Source: Auanema rhodensis
Lineage: Eukaryota > Animalia > Nematoda
NCBI GenBank assembly: GCA_964057225.1
Contig: OZ059897.1
Span: forward strand, 20,460,001-20,524,000
Direction of reading: 5' to 3'
DNA length: 64,000 nt
Below are positions 39,401-53,691 of the stretch, piece by piece. A model generated the notes under the pieces. That model had not been told where the DNA came from. It did no database searches and saw only the letters and a list, made by a program, of their open reading frames with translations. Numbering within the stretch: the stretch's first letter is position 1; each line of letters starts with the position of its first letter. The position numbers and the translations under genes are program-made.

Positions 39401-40709
39401 GAAGAACGCTTAATACAAAAATTAGTTATGATCGTTTGAAAAATGATGCATTAGTGTATGTTGAGTTTCCATGTACACTCAACAATGCTTCCAAAAACAT
39501 TTTGACAAAAATTTTTTCGAAAAATTTCAAAATAATTTAGCAAAAAGTAGATGTTTTTAGATTTCATTTTTCAAGGCAAAGACGATGGACAATGTTATTC
39601 AACGAAAAAATTAATTCTTCAGGGTGAAAATCGAGGATATAAGTGTGAACTTATATCAGTTGATATCTCGGTGCATTTTTAAGCTAGCGCAAATCTGATA
39701 ACACAGATCGACGCAGCTTAAAAATCCGCATCGAATGCACTATACTACATAGAAGAACGCTTAATACAAAAATTAGTTATGATCGTTTGAAAAATGATGC
39801 ATTAGTGTATGTTGAGTTTCCATGTACACTCAACATTGCTTCCAAAAACATTTTGACAAAAATTTTTTCGAAAAATTTCAAAATAATTTAGCAAAAAGTA
39901 GATGTTTTTAGATTCCTTTTTTCAAGGCAAAGACAATGGACCATGTTATTCAACGAAAAAATTAATTCTTCAGGGTGAAAATCGAGGATATAAGTGTGAA
40001 CTTATATCGGTTGATATCTCGGTGCATTTTTAAGCTAGCGCAAATCTGATAACACAGATCGACGCAGCTTAAAAATCCGCATCGAATGCACTATACTACA
40101 TAGAAGAACGCTTAATACAAAAATTAGTTATGATCGTTTGAAAAATGATGCATTAGTGTATGTTGAGTTTCCATGTACACTCAACAATGCTTCCAAAAAC
40201 ATTTTGACAAAAATTTTTTCGAAAAATTTCAAAATAATTTAGCAAAAAGTAGATGTTTTTAGATTTCATTTTTCAAGGCAAAGACGATGGACAATGTTAT
40301 TCAACGAAAAAATTAATTCTTCAGGGTGAAAATCGAGGATATAAGTGTGAACTTATATCAGTTGATATCTCGGTGCATTTTTAAGCTAGCGCAAATCTGA
40401 TAACACAGATCGACGCAGCTTAAAAATCCGCATCGAATGCACTATACTACATAGAAGAACGCTTAATACAAAAATTAGTTATGATCGTTTGAAAAATGAT
40501 GCATTAGTGTATGTTGAGTTTCCATGTACACTCAACATTGCTTCCAAAAACATTTTGACAAAAATTTTTTCGAAAAATTTCAAAATAATTTAGCAAAAAG
40601 TAGATGTTTTTAGATTCCTTTTTTCAAGGCAAAGACAATGGACCATGTTATTCAACGAAAAAATTAATTCTTCAGGGTGAAAATCGAGGATATAAGTGTA
40701 AACTTATAT
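36498..40709. repeat. 5-monomer duplication (1755 bp) followed by a 2-monomer duplication
   Basis: Monomers with catagaagaacgctCaata plus ggataAaag start at 36849 and 38604. Monomers with atcGgttg start at 37551, 39306 and 40008. Confidence 0.85.
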
Positions 40710-42814
40710 CATTTGATATCTCGGTGCATTTTTAAGCTAGCGCAAATCTGATAACACAGATCGACGCAGCTTAAAAATCCGCATCGAATGCACTATACTA
40801 CATTAAGAAACGCTTAATACAAAAATTAGTTATGATCGTTTGAAAAATGATGCATTAGTGTATGTTGAGTTTCCATGTACACTCAACATTGCTTCCAAAA
40901 ACATTTTGACAAAAATTTTTTCGAAAAATTTCAAAATAATTTAGCAAAAAGTAGATGTTTTTAGATTCCTTTTTTCAAGCCAAAGACGATGGACAATGTT
41001 ATTCAACGAAAAAATTATTTCTTCAGGGTGAAAATCGAGGATATAAGTGTGAACTTATATCAGTTGATATCTCGGTGCATTTTTAAGCTAGCGCAAATCT
41101 GATAACACAGATCGACGCAGCTTAAAAATCCGCATCGAATGCACTATACTACATTGAGAAACGCTTAATACAAAAATTAGTTATGATCGTTTGAAAAATG
41201 ATGCATTAGTGTATGTTGAGTTTCCATGTACACTCAACATTGCTTCCAAAAACATTTTGACAAAAATTTTTTCGAAAAATTTCAAAATAATTTAGCAAAA
41301 AGTAGATGTTTTTAGATTCCTTTTTTCAAGGCAAAGACGATGGACGATGTTATTCAACGAAAAAATTAATTCTTCAGGGTGAAAATCGAGGATATAAGTG
41401 TGAACTTATATCAGTTGATATCTCGGTGCATTTTTAAGCTAGCGCAAATCTGATAACACAGATCGACGCAGCTCAAAAATCCGTACGAATGCACTATACT
41501 ATATTGAGAAACGCTTAATACAAAAATTAGTTATGATCGTTTGAAAAATGATGCATTAGTGTATGTTGAGTTTCCATGTACACTCAACATTGCTTCCAAA
41601 ACCATTTTGACAAAAATTTTTTCGAAAAATTTCAAAATAATTAAGCAAAAAGTAGATGTTTTTAGATTCCTTTTTTCAAGGCAAAGACGATGGACAATGT
41701 TATTCAACGAAAAAATTATTTCTTCAGGGTGAAAATCGAGGATATAAGTGTAAACTTATATCATTTGATATCTCGGTGCATTTTTAAGCTAGCGCAAATC
41801 TGATAACACAGATCGACGCAGCTTAAAAATCCGCATCGAATGCACTATACTACATTAAGAAACGCTTAATACAAAAATTAGTTATGATCGTTTGAAAAAT
41901 GATGCATTAGTGTATGTTGAGTTTCCATGTACACTCAACATTGCTTCCAAAAACATTTTGACAAAAATTTTTTCGAAAAATTTCAAAATAATTTAGCAAA
42001 AAGTAGATGTTTTTATATTCCTTTTTTCAAGGCAAAGACGATGGACAATGTTATTCAACGAAAAAATTAATTCTTCAGGGTGAAAATCGAGGATATAAGT
42101 GTGAACTTATATCAGTTGATATCTCGGTACATTTTTAAGCTAGCGCAAATCTGATAACACAGATCGACGCAGCTTAAAAATCCGCATCGAATGCACTATA
42201 CTACATGGAAGAACGCTTAATACAAAAATTAGTTATGATCGTTTGAAAAATGATGCATTAGTGTATGTTGAGTTTCCATGTACACTCAACATTGCTTCCA
42301 AAAACATTTTGACAAAAATTTTTTCGAAAAATTTCAAAATAATTTAGCAAAAAGTAGATGTTTTTAGATTTCTTTTTTCAAGGCAAAGACAATGGACCAT
42401 GTTATTCAACGAAAAAATTAATTCTTCAGGGTGAAAATCGAGGATATAAGTGTAAACTTATATCATTTGATATCTCGGTGCATTTTTAAGCTAGCGCAAA
42501 TCTGATAACACAGATCGACGCAGCTTAAAAATCCGCATCGAATGCACTATACTACATTAAGAAACGCTTAATACAAAAATTAGTTATGATCGTTTGAAAA
42601 ATGATGCATTAGTGTATGTTGAGTTTCCATGTACACTCAACATTGCTTCCAAAAACATTTTGACAAAAATTTTTTCGAAAAATTTCAAAATAATTTAGCA
42701 AAAAGTAGATGTTTTTAGATTCCTTTTTTCAAGGCAAAGACGATGGACAATGTTATTCAACGAAAAAATTATTTCTTCAGGGTGAAAATCGAGGATATAA
42801 GTGTGAACTTATAT

Positions 42815-45800
42815 CAGTTGATATCTCGGTGCATTTTTAAGCTAGCGCAAATCTGATAACACAGATCGACGCAGCTTAAAAATCCGCATCGAATGCACTA
42901 TACTACATTGAGAAACGCTTAATACAAAAATTAGTTATGATCGTTTGAAAAATGATGCATTAGTGTATGTTGAGTTTCCATGTACACTCAACATTGCTTC
43001 CAAAAACATTTTGACAAAAATTTTTTCGAAAAATTTCAAAATAATTTAGCAAAAAGTAGATGTTTTTAGATTCCTTTTTTCAAGGCAAAGACGATGGACG
43101 ATGTTATTCAACGAAAAAATTAATTCTTCAGGGTGAAAATCGAGGATATAAGTGTGAACTTATATCAGTTGATATCTCGGTGCATTTTTAAGCTAGCGCA
43201 AATCTGATAACACAGATCGACGCAGCTCAAAAATCCGTACGAATGCACTATACTATATTGAGAAACGCTTAATACAAAAATTAGTTATGATCGTTTGAAA
43301 AATGATGCATTAGTGTATGTTGAGTTTCCATGTACACTCAACATTGCTTCCAAAACCATTTTGACAAAAATTTTTTCGAAAAATTTCAAAATAATTAAGC
43401 AAAAAGTAGATGTTTTTAGATTCCTTTTTTCAAGGCAAAGACGATGGACAATGTTATTCAACGAAAAAACTAATTCTTCAGGGTGAAAATCGAGGATATA
43501 AGTGTGAACTTATATCAGTTGATATCTCGGTACATTTTTAAGCTAGCGCAAATCGGATAACACAGATCGACGCAGCTTAAAAATCCGCATCGAATGCACT
43601 ATACTACATGGAAGAACGCTTAATACAAAAATTAGTTATGATCGTTTGAAAAATGATGCATTAGTGTATGTTGAGTTTCCATGTACACTCAACATTGCTT
43701 CCAAAAACATTTTGACAAAAATTTTTTCGAAAAATTTCAAAATAATTTAGCAAAAAGTAGATGTTTTTAGATTCCTTTTTTCAAGGCAAAGACGATGGAC
43801 AATGTTATTCAACGAAAAAATTATTTCTTCAGGGTGAAAATCGAGGATATAAGTGTAAACTTATATCATTTGATATCTCGGTGCATTTTTAAGCTAGCGC
43901 AAATCTGATAACACAGATCGACGCAGCTTAAAAATCCGCATCGAATGCACTATACTACATTAAGAAACGCTTAATACAAAAATTAAATATGATCGTTTGA
44001 AAAATGATGCATTAGTGTATGTTGAGTTTCCATGTACACTCAACATTGCTTCCAAAAACATTTTGACAAAAATTTTTTCGAAAAATTTCAAAATAATTTA
44101 GCAAAAAGTAGATGTTTTTAGATTTCTTTTTTCAAGGCAAAGACGATGGACAATGTTATTCAACGAAAAAATTAATTCTTCAGGGTGAAAATCGAGGATA
44201 TAAGTGTGAACTTATATCAGTTGATATCTCGGTACATTTTTAAGCTAGCGCAAATCTGATAACACAGATCGACGCAGCTTAAAATTCCGCATCGAATGCA
44301 CTATACTACATGGAAGAACGCTTAATACAAAAATTAGTTATGATCGTTTGAAAAATGATGCATTAGTGTATGTTGAGTTTCCATGTACACTCAACATTGC
44401 TTCCAAAAACATTTTGACAAAAATTTTTTCGAAAAATTTCAAAATAATTTAGCAAAAAGTAGATGTTTTTAGATTCCTTTTTTCAAGGCAAAGACAATGG
44501 ACCATGTTATTCAACGAAAAAATTAATTCTTCAGGGTGAAAATCGAGGATATAAGTGTAAACTTATATCATTTGATATCTCGGTGCATTTTTAAGCTAGC
44601 GCAAATCTGATAACACAGATCGACGCAGCTTAAAAATCCGCATGGAATGCACTATACTACATAGAAGAACGCGTAATACAAAAATTAGTTATGATCGTTT
44701 GAAAAATGATGCATTAGTGTATGTTGAGTTTCCATGTACACTCAACATTGCTTCCAAAAACATTTTGACAAAAATTTTTTCGAAAAATTTCAAAATAATT
44801 TAGCAAAAAGTAGATGTTTTTAGATTCCTTTTTTCAAGGCAAAGACAATGGACCATGTTATTCAACGAAAAAATTAATTCTTCAGGGTGAAAATCGAGGA
44901 TATAAGTGTGAACTTATATCAGTTGATATCTCGGTGCATTTTTAAGCTAGCGCAAATCTGATAACACAGATCGACGCAGCTTAAAAATCCGCATCGAATG
45001 CACTATACTACATAGAAGAACGCTTAATACAAAAATTAGTTATGATCGTTTGAAAAATGATGCATTAGTGTATGTTGAGTTTCCATGTACACTCAACATT
45101 GCTTCCAAAAACATTTTGACAAAAATTTTTTCGAAAAATTTCAAAATAATTTAGCAAAAAGTAGATGTTTTTAGATTTCTTTTTTCAAGGCAAAGACAAT
45201 GGACCATGTTATTCAACGAAAAAATTAATTCTTCAGGGTGAAAATCGAGGATATAAGTGTAAACTTATATCATTTGATATCTCGGTGCATTTTTAAGCTA
45301 GCGCAAATCTGATAACACAGATCGACGCAGCTTAAAAATCCGCATCGAATGCACTATACTACATTAAGAAACGCTTAATACAAAAATTAGTTATGATCGT
45401 TTGAAAAATGATGCATTAGTGTATGTTGAGTTTCCATGTACACTCAACATTGCTTCCAAAAACATTTTGACAAAAATTTTTTCGAAAAATTTCAAAATAA
45501 TTTAGCAGAAAGTAGATGTTTTTAGATTCCTTTTTTCAAGGCAAAGACGATGGACAATGTTATTCAACGAAAAAATTATTTCTTCAGGGTGAAAATCGAG
45601 GATATAAGTGTGAACTTATATCAGTTGATATCTCGGTGCATTTTTAAGCTAGCGCAAATCTGATAACACAGATCGACGCAGCTTAAAAATCCGCATCGAA
45701 TGCACTATACTACATTGAGAAACGCTTAATACAAAAATTAGTTATGATCGTTTGAAAAATGATGCATTAGTGTATGTTGAGTTTCCATGTACACTCAACA

Positions 45801-47375
45801 TTGCTTCCAAAAACATTTTGACAAAAATTTTTTCGAAAAATTTCAAAATAATTTAGCAAAAAGTAGATGTTTTTAGATTCCTTCTTTCAAGGCAAAGACG
45901 ATGGACGATGTTATTCAACGAAAAAATTAATTCTTCAGGGTGAAAATCGAGGATATAAGTGTGAACTTATATCAGTTGATATCTCGGTGCATTTTTAAGC
46001 TAGCGCAAATCTGATAACACAGATCGACGCAGCTCAAAAATCCGTACGAATGCACTATACTATATTGAGAAACGCTTAATACAAAAATTAGTTATGATCG
46101 TTTGAAAAATGATGCATTAGTGTATGTTGAGTTTCCATGTACACTCAACATTGCTTCCAAAACCATTTTGACAAAAATTTTTTCGAAAAATTTCAAAATA
46201 ATTAAGCAAAAAGTAGATGTTTTTAGATTCCTTTTTTCAAGGCAAAGACGATGGACAATGTTATTCAACGAAAAAACTAATTCTTCAGGGTGAAAATCGA
46301 GGATATAAGTGTGAACTTATATCAGTTGATATCTCGGTACATTTTTAAGCTAGCGCAAATCGGATAACACAGATCGACGCAGCTTAAAAATCCGCATCGA
46401 ATGCACTATACTACATGGAAGAACGCTTAATACAAAAATTAGTTATGATCGTTTGAAAAATGATGCATTAGTGTATGTTGAGTTTCCATGTACACTCAAC
46501 ATTGCTTCCAAAAACATTTTGACAAAAATTTTTTCGAAAAATTTCAAAATAATTTAGCAAAAAGTAGATGTTTTTAGATTCCTTTTTTCAAGGCAAAGAC
46601 GATGGACAATGTTATTCAACGAAAAAATTATTTCTTCAGGGTGAAAATCGAGGATATAAGTGTAAACTTATATCATTTGATATCTCGGTGCATTTTTAAG
46701 CTAGCGCAAATCTGATAACACAGATCGACGCAGCTTAAAAATCCGCATCGAATGCACTATACTACATTAAGAAACGCTTAATACAAAAATTAGTTATGAT
46801 CGTTTGAAAAATGATGCATTAGTGTATGTTGAGTTTCCATGTACACTCAACATTGCTTCCAAAAACATTTTGACAAAAATTTTTTCGAAAAATTTCAAAA
46901 TAATTTAGCAAAAAGTAGATGTTTTTAGATTTCTTTTTTCAAGGCAAAGACGATGGACAATGTTATTCAACGAAAAAATTAATTCTTCAGGGTGAAAATC
47001 GAGGATATAAGTGTGAACTTATATCAGTTGATATCTCGGTACATTTTTAAGCTAGCGCAAATCTGATAACACAGATCGACGCAGCTTAAAATTCCGCATC
47101 GAATGCACTATACTACATGGAAGAACGCTTAATACAAAAATTAGTTATGATCGTTTGAAAAATGATGCATTAGTGTATGTTGAGTTTCCATGTACACTCA
47201 ACATTGCTTCCAAAAACATTTTGACAAAAATTTTTTCGAAAAATTTCAAAATAATTTAGCAAAAAGTAGATGTTTTTAGATTCCTTTTTTCAAGGCAAAG
47301 ACAATGGACCATGTTATTCAACGAAAAAATTAATTCTTCAGGGTGAAAATCGAGGATATAAGTGTAAACTTATAT
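42815..47375. repeat. 8-monomer HOR (2807 bp), paralogous to 23865-28425
   Basis: ORFs at 43295 and 46102 (2807 apart) with the same marker order. A further 5-monomer fragment of the same series lies at 50885-52638. Confidence 0.88.
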
Positions 47376-50300
47376 CATTTGATATCTCGGTGCATTTTTA
47401 AGCTAGCGCAAATCTGATAACACAGATCGACGCAGCTTAAAAATCCGCATCGAATGCACTATACTACATAGAAGAACGCTTAATACAAAAATTAGTTATG
47501 ATCGTTTGAAAAATGATGCATTAGTGTATGTTGAGTTTCCATGTACACTCAACATTGCTTCCAAAAACATTTTGACAAAAATTTTTTCGAAAAATTTCAA
47601 AATAATTTAGCAAAAAGTAGATGTTTTTAGATTCCTTTTTTCAAGGCAAAGACAATGGACCATGTTATTCAACGAAAAAATTAATTCTTCAGGGTGAAAA
47701 TCGAGGATATAAGTGTGAACTTATATCAGTTGATATCTCGGTGCATTTTTAAGCTAGCGCAAATCTGATAACACAGATCGACGCAGCTTAAAAATCCGCA
47801 TCGAATGCACTATACTACATAGAAGAACGCTTAATACAAAAATTAGTTATGATCGTTTGAAAAATGATGCATTAGTGTATGTTGAGTTTCCATGTACACT
47901 CAACATTGCTTCCAAAAACATTTTGACAAAAATTTTTTCGAAAAATTTCAAAATAATTTAGCAAAAAGTAGATGTTTTTAGATTCCTTTTTTCAAGGCAA
48001 AGACGATGGACAATGTTATTCAACGAAAAAATTATTTCTTCAGGGTGAAAATCGAGGATATAAGTGTGAACTTATATCAGTTGATATCTCGGTGCATTTT
48101 TAAGCTAGCGCAAATCTGATAACACAGATCGACGCAGCTTAAAAATCCGCATCGAATGCACTATACTACATTGAGAAACGCTTAATACAAAAATTAGTTA
48201 TGATCGTTTGAAAAATGATGCATTAGTGTATGTTGAGTTTCCATGTACACTCAACATTGCTTCCAAGAACATTTTGACAAAAATTTTTTCGAAAAATTTC
48301 AAAATAATTTAGCAAAAAGTAGATGTTTTTAGATTCCTTTTTTCAAGGCAAAGACAATGGACCATGTTATTCAACGAAAAAATTAATTCTTCAGGGTGAA
48401 AATCGAGGATATAAGTGTGAACTTATATCAGTTGATATCTCGGTGCATTTTTAAGCTAGCGCAAATCTGATAACACAGATCGACGCAGCTTAAAAATCCG
48501 CATCGAATGCACTATACTACATAGAAGAACGCTTAATACAAAAATTAGTTATGATCGTTTGAAAAATGATGCATTAGTGTATGTTGAGTTTCCATGTACA
48601 CTCAACATTGCTTCCAAAAACATTTTGACAAAAATTTTTTCGAAAAATTTCAAAATAATTTAGCAAAAAGTAGATGTTTTTAGATTCCTTTTTTCAAGGC
48701 AAAGACGATGGACAATGTTATTCAACGAAAAAATTATTTCTTCAGGGTGAAAATCGAGGATATAAGTGTGAACTTATATCAGTTGATATCTCGGTGCATT
48801 TTTAAGCTAGCGCAAATCTGATAACACAGATCGACGCAGCTTAAAAATCCGCATCGAATGCACTATACTTCATTGAGAAACGCTTTATACAAAAATTAGT
48901 TATGATCGTTTGAAAAATGATGCATTAGTGTATGTTGAGTTTCCATGTACACTCAACATTGCTTCCAAAAACATTTTGACAAAAATTTTTTCGAAAAATT
49001 TCAAAATAATTTAGCAAAAAGTAGATGTTTTTAGATTCCTTTTTTCAAGCCAAAGACGATGGACGATGTTATTCAACGAAAAAATTAATTCTTCAGGGTG
49101 AAAATCGAGGATATAAGTGTGAACTTATATCAGTTGATATCTCGGTGCATTTTTAAGCTAGCGCAAATCTGATAACACAGATCGACGCAGCTCAAAAATC
49201 CGTACGAATGCACTATACTATATTGAGAAACGCTTAATACAAAAATTAGTTATGATCGTTTGAAAAATGATGCATTAGTGTATGTTGAGTTTCCATGTAC
49301 ACTCAACATTGCTTCCAAAAACATTTTGACAAAAATTTTTTCGAAAAATTTCAAAATAATTAAGCAAAAAGTAGATGTTTTTAGATTCCTTTTTTCAAGG
49401 CAAAGACGATGGACAATGTTATTCAACGAAAAAATTAATTCTTCAGGGTGAAAATCGAGGATATAAGTGTGAACTTATATCAGTTGATATCTCGGTGCAT
49501 TTTTAAGCTAGCGCAAATCTGATAACACAGATCGACGCAGCTTAAAAATCCGCATCGAATGCACTATACTACATAGAAGAACGCTTAATACAAAAATTAG
49601 TTATGATCGTTTGAAAAATGATGCATTAGTGTATGTTGAGTTTCCATGTACACTCAACATTGCTTCCAAAAACATTTTGACAAAAATTTTTTCGAAAAAT
49701 TTCAAAATAATTTAGCAAAAAGTAGATGTTTTTAGATTCCTTTTTTCAAGCCAAAGACGATGGACGATGTTATTCAACGAAAAAATTAATTCTTCAGGGT
49801 GAAAATCGAGGATATAAGTGTGAACTTATATCAGTTGATATCTCGGTGCATTTTTAAGCTAGCGCAAATCTGATAACACAGATCGACGCAGCTTAAAAAT
49901 CCGCATCGAATGCACTATACTACATAGAAGAACGCTTAATACAAAAATTAGTTATGATCGTTTGAAAAATGATGCATTAGTGTATGTTGAGTTTCCATGT
50001 ACACTCAACATTGCTTCCAAAAACATTTTGACAAAAATTTTTTCGAAAAATTTCAAAATAATTTAGCAAAAAGTAGATGTTTTTAGATTCCTTTTTTCAA
50101 GGCAAAGACGATGGACAATGTTATTCAACGAAAAAATTATTTCTTCAGGGTGAAAATCGAGGATATAAGTGTAAACTTATATCATTTGATATCTCGGTGC
50201 ATTTTTAAGCTAGCGCAAATCTGATAACACAGATCGACGCAGCTTAAAAATCCGCATCGAATGCACTATACTACATTAAGAAACGCTTAATACAAAAATT

Positions 50301-53300
50301 AGTTATGATCGTTTGAAAAATGATGCATTAGTGTATGTTGAGTTTCCATGTACACTCAACATTGCTTCCAAAAACATTTTGACAAAAATTTTTTCGAAAA
50401 ATTTCAAAATAATTTAGCAAAAAGTAGATGTTTTTATATTCCTTTTTTCAAGGCAAAGACGATGGACAATGTTATTCAACGAAAAAATTAATTCTTCAGG
50501 GTGAAAATCGAGGATATAAGTGTGAACTTATATCAGTTGATATCTCGGTACATTTTTAAGCTAGCGCAAATCTGATAACACAGATCGACGCAGCTTAAAA
50601 ATCCGCATCGAATGCACTATACTACATGGAAGAACGCTTAATACAAAAATTAGTTATGATCGTTTGAAAAATGATGCATTAGTGTATGTTGAGTTTCCAT
50701 GTACACTCAACATTGCTTCCAAAAACATTTTGACAAAAATGTTTTCGAAAAATTTCAAAATAATTTAGCAAAAAGTAGATGTTTTTAGATTTCTTTTTTC
50801 AAGGCAAAGACGATGGACAATGTTATTCAACGAAAAAATTATTTCTTCAGGGTGAAAATCGAGGATATAAGTGTGAACTTATATCAGTTGATATCTCGGT
50901 GCATTTTTAAGCTAGCGCAAATCTGATAACACAGATCGACGCAGCTTAAAAATCCGCATCGAATGCACTATACTACATTGAGAAACGCTTAATACAAAAA
51001 TTAGTTATGATCGTTTGAAAAATGATGCATTAGTGTATGTTGAGTTTCCATGTACACTCAACATTGCTTCCAAAAACATTTTGACAAAAATTTTTTCGAA
51101 AAATTTCAAAATAATTTAGCAAAAAGTAGATGTTTTTAGATTCCTTTTTTCAAGGCAAAGACGATGGACGATGTTATTCAACGAAAAAATTAATTCTTCA
51201 GGGTGAAAATCGAGGATATAAGTGTGAACTTGTATCAGTTGATATCTCGGTGCATTTTTAAGCTAGCGCAAATCTGATAACACAGATCGACGCAGCTCAA
51301 AAATCCGTACGAATGCACTATACTATATTGAGAAACGCTTAATACAAAAATTAGTTATGATCGTTTGAAAAATGATGCATTAGTGTATGTTGAGTTTCCA
51401 TGTACACTCAACATTGCTTCCAAAACCATTTTGACAAAAATTTTTTCGAAAAATTTCAAAATAATTAAGCAAAAAGTAGATGTTTTTAGATTCCTTTTTT
51501 CAAGGCAAAGACGATGGACAATGTTATTCAACGAAAAAACTAATTCTTCAGGGTGAAAATCGAGGATATAAGTGTGAACTTATATCAGTTGATATCTCGG
51601 TACATTTTTAAGCTAGCGCAAATCGGATAACACAGATCGACGCAGCTTAAAAATCCGCATCGAATGCACTATACTACATGGAAGAACGCTTAATACAAAA
51701 ATTAGTTATGATCGTTTGAAAAATGATGCATTAGTGTATGTTGAGTTTCCATGTACACTCAACATTGCTTCCAAAAACATTTTGACAAAAATTTTTTCGA
51801 AAAATTTCAAAATAATTTAGCAAAAAGTAGATGTTTTTAGATTCCTTTTTTCAAGGCAAAGACGATGGACAATGTTATTCAACGAAAAAATTATTTCTTC
51901 AGGGTGAAAATCGAGGATATAAGTGTAAACTTATATCATTTGATATCTCGGTGCATTTTTAAGCTAGCGCAAATCTGATAACACAGATCGACGCAGCTTA
52001 AAAATCCGCATCGAATGCACTATACTACATTAAGAAACGCTTAATACAAAAATTAGTTATGATCGTTTGAAAAATGATGCATTAGTGTATGTTGAGTTTC
52101 CATGTACACTCAACATTGCTTCCAAAAACATTTTGACAAAAATTTTTTCGAAAAATTTCAAAATAATTTAGCAAAAAGTAGATGTTTTTAGATTTCTTTT
52201 TTCAAGGCAAAGACGATGGACAATGTTATTCAACGAAAAAATTAATTCTTCAGGGTGAAAATCGAGGATATAAGTGTGAACTTATATCAGTTGATATCTC
52301 GGTACATTTTTAAGCTAGCGCAAATCTGATAACACAGATCGACGCAGCTTAAAATTCCGCATCGAATGCACTATACTACATGGAAGAACGCTTAATACAA
52401 AAATTAGTTATGATCGTTTGAAAAATGATGCATTAGTGTATGTTGAGTTTCCATGTACACTCAACATTGCTTCCAAAAACATTTTGACAAAAATTTTTTC
52501 GAAAAATTTCAAAATAATTTAGCAAAAAGTAGATGTTTTTAGATTCCTTTTTTCAAGGCAAAGACAATGGACCATGTTATTCAACGAAAAAATTAATTCT
52601 TCAGGGTGAAAATCGAGGATATAAGTGTAAACTTATATCATTTGATATCTCGGTGCATTTTTAAGCTAGCGCAAATCTGATAACACAGATCGACGCAGCT
52701 TAAAAATCCGCATCGAATGCACTATACTACATTAAGAAACGCTTAATACAAAAATTAGTTATGATCGTTTGAAAAATGATGCATTAGTGTATGTTGAGTT
52801 TCCATGTACACTCAACATTGCTTCCAAAAACATTTTGACAAAAATTTTTTCGAAAAATTTCAAAATAATTTAGCAAAAAGTAGATGTTTTTAGATTCCTT
52901 TTTTCAAGGCAAAGACAATGGACCATGTTATTCAACGAAAAAATTAATTCTTCAGGGTGAAAATCGAGGATATAAGTGTAAACTTATATCATTTGATATC
53001 TCGGTGCATTTTTAAGCTAGCGCAAATCTGATAACACAGATCGACGCAGCTTAAAAATCCGCATCGAATGCACTATACTACATTAAGAAACGCTTAATAC
53101 AAAAATTAGTTATGATCGTTTGAAAAATGATGCATTAGTGTATGTTGAGTTTCCATGTACACTCAACATTGCTTCCGAAAACATTTTGACAAAAATTTTT
53201 TCGAAAAATTTCAAAATAATTTAGCAAAAAGTAGATGTTTTTAGATTCCTTTTTTCAAGGCAAAGACGATGAACAATGTTATTCAACGAAAAAATTAATT

Positions 53301-53691
53301 CTTCAGGGTGAAAATCGAGGATATAAGTGTGAACTTATATCAGATGATATCTCGGTGCATTTTTAAGCTAGCGCAAATCTGATAACACAGATCGACGCAG
53401 CTTAAAAATCCGCATCGAATGCACTATACTACATTGAGAAACGCTTAATACAAAAATTAGTTATGATCGTTTGAAAAATGATGCATTAGTGTATGTTGAG
53501 TTTCCATGTACACTCAACATTGCTTCCAAAAACATTTTGACAAAAATTTTTTCGAAAAATTTCAAAATAATTTAGCAAAAAGTAGATGTTTTTAGATTCC
53601 TTTTTTCAAGGCAAAGACGATGGACGATGTTATTCAACGAAAAAATTAATTCTTCAGGGTGAAAATCGAGGATATAAGTGTGAACTTATAT

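Larger units (their letters stand above)
29830..48779. repeat. Large tandem duplication, copy 2 (M86-M139, 54 monomers)
   Basis: Begins with the same gcttTcaaa monomer type as 11935 and follows the same series of types. The offset is 17895 at the start and 18950 near the end, owing to local gains and losses of monomers. Confidence 0.85.

Noticed and set aside
15574-51556. Eleven 63-aa ORFs as genuine CDS
   Set aside because: TTG start, no recognisable domain, K/F/I/N-rich composition typical of AT-rich DNA. The frame is closed by TAG at codon 35 in the other 171 complete monomers, and the copies differ by nonsynonymous changes.
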